Origin: Anthoceros angustus
Lineage: Eukaryota; Plantae; Anthocerotophyta
Assembly: GCA_010909165.1 (NCBI GenBank)
Contig: VJWM01000025.1
Location: 434,001 to 498,000, forward strand
Direction: 5' to 3'
Length of the DNA stretch: 64,000 bases
Part shown: piece by piece, positions 58,085-64,000 of the stretch
Layout: every line of letters begins with the position of its first letter
Position numbering within the stretch: the first letter of the stretch is position 1
The notes under the pieces: model-generated
The model's input: only the letters and a program-made list of their open reading frames with translations
Told to the model about the DNA's origin: nothing
The model's database searches: none
Program-made: the position numbers and the translations under genes

Positions 58085-58790
58085 GCTAGATGATCACATG
58101 TGTGGATGGACTGACTTGGAATTTGAACATGACAAGCCAAGCTTAAGATAGCAATGAGCAAGATCTAGATGATCATATGTGGGGGTGGACTGACTTGGAA
58201 TTCGACCATGACAGGCTAAAATCTAGATGATTATGTGGGGTTGGACCGACTTGGAATTCGAACATGATAAGCCAAGATCTAGATGACCATATGTGGGAAT
58301 GGATCTACTTGGAATTTGAACATGACAAATTAAGATCTAGATGGTCATATGTGGGGATATACTGACTTGGAATTCGAACATGACAAATCAAGATCTACAT
58401 GATCATATACAAATCAAGATCTAGATGATCATATACAAATCAAGATCTAGATGATCATATGTGGGGATTTACTAACTTGGAATTCGAACATGACAAATCA
58501 AGATCTAGATGATCATATGTGGGGATATACTGACTTGGAATTCGAACATGACAAGCCAAGGTCGCAAGGAGAATGATGTCGTCTTGAAATATGGATATAA
58601 TGACGCCAAATAATACATGAATGCAAGTTCTTTGCGATCTACACCATTTAATTTGTTGGACTGACTTGGAATTCGAACATGACAAGCCAAGGTCGCAAGG
58701 AGAATGATGTCGTCGTGAAATATGGATATAATGACGCCAAATAATACATGAATGCAAGTTCTTTGCGATCTACACCATTTAATTTGTTGG
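58085..58790. repeat. ~58-60-bp satellite (~8-9 units) ending in a 131-bp duplication
   Basis: agatctagatgatcatatgtgggnnnngactgacttggaattcgaacatgacaagcca units. Confidence 0.9.
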
Positions 58791-58920
58791 ACCTCCCGAT
58801 GCTTAGATGGCTACATAGAATATTAGAAACGCTTCATCAATTATTAGTTTACTAGCAATGAGATTAGGTCCATAAGTAGATGAGGATTATATCGGGTTCA
58901 AATTTAAAATATACATTGAA

Positions 58921-60450
58921 CAGCGTCTCTGTAGAAAGGGGTTTCTCCTATCAAAAGGGGTTTTGGTAAAAATCCCAACCCTATTTCGTCGAAAACTCAA
59001 GTTGGTTTGGTTTTTGTTGTTTTTTATAGGTGTTCATCCATCGGTTTCTGGCATTCTTAGCTCCGATGCCACTTCTTGTCAAATCATTTACACTGAGCTG
59101 GCGCCTTCTAATCAGATTCATGGCGATTTAGTCGGTGTGATGAAGGGTCAGTGTCCGTAGTTTCTGCATTTTGTGTGGTTCTCTATGTTTTTGTATTCCA
59201 GGGGGCCTAGGCGCACACAAGTGCGCGCCTGGAACAAGGCTATGCGCAAACTTGTGCGCGCACTGTGCAAAAAGAACACGAAAAATGATCTTCTAATGGG
59301 GAAACATGTCCTTTTGGAGGTCTGAGGATGTGCTGGAACTCCCGATGAAATAACAAGTAGCAAACATCGGCGGAGGTTCATCTAGACCGCTCTCATATAT
59401 TTATCCTATGCCCTAATGCGACGAAGAACACCCTATCCCATTTTTATCCTTTACGGTGTTTATGTCTCTTTCGGCGGTGACCTAGTACCGCGTTATCATC
59501 AAACATGCTAGGGGGGCCCAACTGGGCAAACAAGTGCATGCACTAGGGCCCAGGTGCGCGCACCAGGGGGCAAGGGGGCCCAGGTGCGCGAACTTGTGCA
59601 CGCATCAGGGGGCAAAGAGGCCCAGGTGCGTGCACCAGGGGGCAAGGAGGCCTAGGTGCGCGCATTTGTGCGCGCACCCAAGGTCAAGAAGGGCTTAGGA
59701 GCATGAATCTATATGGTTCATGCCTCCTAATGCATTCCCAGACGGTTCATCTAAAGAGAAAAAGGGCAAAAAATCTAAAAAGTCCCAAAAAAGTTCAATT
59801 TTTTAAGGTCAGTGAGCGTACTTGCCCTAAAATTTTGATATTTTTTGGTATTTTTTTTATATTTTTGTTGTTTTAAAGGGTTCCTTTCGACGTTTTCAAC
59901 ATTTTTTGTGCACCTCCCTAATGTGGATATGTTCTTATCTTTACTTAGCCCTCATCTTTTTTTTAAAACTTTGAACTAGTAGTGAGAAGCTTTTGCATCT
60001 TCTGAATCTTGAGATGTTTGGCGTGGGCCAAGCTCCAAGTGCAGATCACGCACTGCACGCGGATCAAGAGCATCAGGTCAACGAAGATATTATTGTCCCA
60101 ATGTCTAAGAAACAAAGTCCTGTAAAATTCCCAGAGCGAGAGTATAGTCTTAGGGTTGACTGGTATGAATGAAAGGTAAGTGCACAAACAAGTTTGCGCA
60201 CCAGAATTACAGCAAGCCCTAAAAACTCTGAATGTTTGTATACGTGCTGGTTGTGAGAATGACCTTCTTTTAGAAAGGCTCAGAATTGGATAAAGTTTAA
60301 AATCAAATACGCTTATGCACGCGTAAACAAGACCTAAACTCTTCAAAACGGCCGGTTTAAGTGCGGATTTTTTAGCTTGCAATTTGGGGTTTGCGGAAGT
60401 CCGTGTGCAAAAAGAGGTTACTGGAGAAACCCCTTTCTACTCAGACGCTG
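58921..60450. mobile_element. Non-autonomous hAT-like TIR element (~1.53 kb)
   Basis: 28-bp TIRs cagcgtctctgtagaaaggggtttctcc / ggagaaacccctttctactcagacgctg (26/28); internal gtgcgcgcac repeats; 8-bp flanks only 5/8 identical. Confidence 0.7.
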
Positions 60451-60644
60451 ATATTTATGGTGATTCAATCACATTGTCGTACTTGCAAAGTAGTAAATGT
60501 TTTATGGTGCATACGTATGTATAAGAGGTTGGTTGAGGTCTTCATTGTAGCAAAATTATATTCCACCTCCGAACGTCTTACGTGTTTCAAGAGTTTCTTA
60601 GAATATTATGAGAGCTCTTGAATACTATTAAGTGGGGAATAATT

Positions 60645-63600
60645 AGAAGAGATGATTTATTGAGGTGAAAGAACGATGGAAAGAGACCATCTAGGAAGGG
60701 ACAACAAATGGGGACCCGGGGGTCGGAGTGAAGAGGAGCAACTGAGCTCCCTACCTAAAGTGACCAAGCACCCACAATGTCATATGCGGGTAGAATAAGC
60801 GGCACGCAAACCCACGGAGGAAGAGGAAAAGGCATCACCCACCGTCGCCTTATGGAGAATCGCCGTTGAGGCGCCGTTGAAGAGCAATAGAAACCAGCCG
60901 GAGTATCTTTGTGAAATCTGAGAGGGACACCGACTATGCCTCACAAGATGGTAAGCTTTGGCACAAGACTTGATGAATTTGTCAAAGTCCTCGACCATTG
61001 CCCCATACGTTTCTAGAGCAAGCGGGATAAAGAGGTGGCCGCTTGCATCTGCTATACTTGCGGACCTTGAGAGTCAGACGGCAGCAGCCACCGACGGTTG
61101 GTGATGACTGGCGGAGGTGGCGTCACGTGCGGTCGGTAACCACTACATCCGCCACCACAACCGTCGCCACGGACAAGGTATAAGTCATACGATTGAGCGA
61201 CACAGAAGAAGAGTATACTCCGCTCCCTCCGGGCCATATAGCCACTTTCGCGAGCAATGGCAAACATGACGCCACGGACAAGGTATAAGTCATACGATTG
61301 AGCGACACAGAAGAGTATACTCCGCTCCCTCCGGGCCATATAGCCACTTTCGCGAGCAATGGCAAACATGGCGTCACGGATGGCGTCGTGGTGGCAATCG
61401 ATGACCCGTGGGGACAACGAGCAAGGTGGACACGAGGCGTCAAGGCGAGCCGCACTCACAAGTGAGGCGAAGAAGCCACAGTGGAGTAGGCCGAGGCGGA
61501 ATCGCATCGCGATGGTGAAGGTGGTTGGTGCGATGTGAAATCCCGTATGCATGGGCGGGCCAAGAGCCAAGCACTGCTCCCTTCCCGAACAAGAGAGCGC
61601 TCTAGTGGACACAGAGATGGAGGGTCTGGAGACGATGAAAAGCGGCGCTTCTCGGCGAGATGCGCAATCCCTAAAGCCATCGATGATAAATGTAGAAAGG
61701 AGGAAGTCCTTAGAGCATCTGCGATAACATGTCTACGGCGCCTCAAGGACGATTGAGCGACACAGAAGAGTATACTCCGCTCCCTCCGGGCCATATAGCC
61801 ACTTTCGCGAGCAATGGCAAACATGGCGTCACGGATGGCGTCGTGGTGGCAATCGATGACCCGTGGGGACAACGAGCAAGGTGGACACGAGGCGTCAAGG
61901 CGAGCCGCACTCACAAGTGAGGGCGAAGAAGCCACGGTGGAGTAGGCCGAGGCGGAATCGCATCGCGATGGTGAAGGTGGTTGGTGCGATGTGAAATCCC
62001 GTATGCATGGGCGGGCCAAGAGCCAAGCACCGCCTCCTTCCTGCAACAAGAGCGAGCCGCACTCACAAGTGAGGCGAAGAAGCCACGGTGGAGTAGGCCG
62101 AGGCGGAATCGCATCGCGATGGTGAAGGTGGTTGGTGCGATGTGAAATCCCGTATGCATGGGCGTAGCCAAGCACTGCTCCCTTCCCGAACAAAAGCGGG
62201 CTCTAGTGGACACAGAGATGGAGGGTCTGGAGGAATGAAAAGCTGGCGGCGCTTCTCGGCGAGATGCACGCAATCCCTAAAGCCATCGATGATAAATGTA
62301 GAAAGGAGGAAGTCCTTAGAGCATCTGCGATAACATGTCTCGCTGCCTCAAGGGCGATTGGAGAGAAGGTTCCCTCCTCCACACTTGATACGAGATCCTC
62401 GAGAAAGGGCTTGTCATGGAGGATGAAGCAGGAAGCCAAGGCGGGCGGAGAGGGCCCAACTCCCAAGAAAGCCGCGGGAAGAGACCTCGATGAGGCAGTC
62501 CTCGCCTCCAAATTGCAGGCGGGGATGCTTGCAGTGAGCAGTCGCCCAGGGCACTCAAAAGCCCCTGAGCCCAAGATGTCCCCAAGAGTATCCATAATCT
62601 TCGTATCAAACCCGGGCCGGGACAAAGGGCCGGAGGCGGAGGCGGCCTCTGAATGAGGTACCAGGCGCCTAGCAAAAGCAGAAGGAAAGGATTCCAAAGG
62701 CCACCCGAGCATCCTCCAAAGAAAGGGAGGTCTTCAATATGGGAGAGGTCCTCTGCAAGGGCCTTGTCCAGAAGCTCCCAATGAAGTCGGGGAACCAAAG
62801 GGACCCCAAGAATCCATGAGACCAAGAGCCGAGCAATCTCCCAGCAGAAACCGCAGAGTAGGCGGGGATCCCGACGAGACCAACGCTGCACTTGGACATC
62901 TTGACCTTCAAGCCCACCAACGAAAGCTCTAAGAGAATATCTCAAAGGCCTCCTTGACTTTGTCCCTGTGCCCGAGGATGTGAGAATCGCCGTTGAAGAG
63001 CAATAGCGAAGGGAAGACACGGTCAGCGGAGGCGGAGAGGGCGGCCCTAGGCAGGCCCTATAGTGAGCAATAGCGAAGAGAGCACCGCCTAGCGGGTCGC
63101 CTTGCACAGTACATGTGGCCGATTCAAGGCGGAGGCGAAACACGAAGAGGCGTTCTTGTCTTTGGTAGTAGAGGTTGGAGGACCTCCCGTAGAAGCACCG
63201 GACAAAGGGTATAAGACTCCCTAGGATGACGCCCAAGATCCCTAAGCTCCTCAAAGATGACGCTCCGGGAAATGGTATTGAAGGCGTTCTCGACATCCAC
63301 CTGTAAGACTACCCAATCCGGGTGGGTATCAAGGCAAGCTTTCACCCCTAGCACCACAGACTCGCAGCCCCCCGGAGTGGCAATGCCAAATTGAAGGGGT
63401 TGAAGTCTTCTTTGGAGAAGGGAGCGCACCGCAGATATAGTGCGGCCGAGTAGCCGCATGAAGGCCTCCCAACCGCGAGTGGGCGCCGAGCAGGCGAGCT
63501 TGTCCATAGCGACAAGCCTACTAGCCGCAAGAACAAACAACCGGTGAGGCATCTCTCCACGAGCCACCGCAGCAGCCAGAGAAAAGAGCTCTGGAAAGCT

Positions 63601-63720
63601 GCTAGATGGATCTTCGGGGAGAAAGAGGTCCCTAAGGTGTTCGAACACCATTCCCGACAAACCGGCAGATGAAAGACGAGGGGTTGTGGAGAGAGCCAGA
63701 GCAAAAGCCGCCCGGTCCAG
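60645..63720 (-). mobile_element. 5'-truncated CRE-like non-LTR retrotransposon (RT + CCHC + RLE), frameshifted, with internal duplications
   Basis: SAGLSG..EHLRD; LQFGIATPGGCE..VLQVDVENAFNTISR; VQGDPLG; CECG..HLARC..HHDAIRD; ADVVVTD; FIPLALETYG. Confidence 0.8.
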
Positions 63721-64000
63721 GGAGAAGGGAATAATTTAATGGAAGATATATGCTTGTGGGGGTATAGGCTTAGTGGCATGCCAACACTAGTGAGAACGAG
63801 GCAATGAAGGAACTTGGTTGCCTGAAGTTATGAAAGGACTGTGATGGTTCCCAGCCTAGACAAGAGCACTTCTGGTTAGTGGCAATAGTTCACAGTACAA
63901 AGTTCCTAATCAATATCTCAAAGAGAGAAGAAACAGGTGTGGTAGAGTTAGCTTTTTCATCTATAACAAGGGTCAGCACATGAGATGTAAATGACTAGAC

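Noticed and set aside
58085-58790. CRISPR-like array
   Set aside because: No unique spacers of constant length; eukaryotic context and no cas genes; it is a tandem satellite

Overview
Eukaryotic nuclear DNA from a seed-free land plant with flagellated sperm, most likely a hornwort (Anthoceros-like). This is inferred from short introns, a radial-spoke RSPH9 gene, and both WW-type and KP/DRH-type PLS-PPR editing factors. The window is dominated by a cluster of intronless PLS-class PPR genes. One is a complete DYW:KP (..KKPAKA..HAE..CNDC..DRH) candidate U-to-C editing factor with an N-terminal OSB-type PDF motif. Four WW-type genes and one pseudogene have truncated or decaying deaminase domains. 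Four of these PPR genes form two head-to-head pairs. Also present: a 3084-aa single-ORF disordered repeat protein with Cys-Pro motifs, NSA2, ARP (SAP+ExoIII AP endonuclease), tRNA-Arg(ACG), an intronless RD21-like protease pseudogene, a PIF/Harbinger element with a nested MITE and solo LTR, CRE-like non-LTR retroelements, LTR-retroelement fragments, a hAT-like non-autonomous element and satellites. Several kb-scale local duplications have microhomology junctions and homopolymer indels; they are either real template-switch events or long-read assembly artefacts. All calls were made by eye without database searches.
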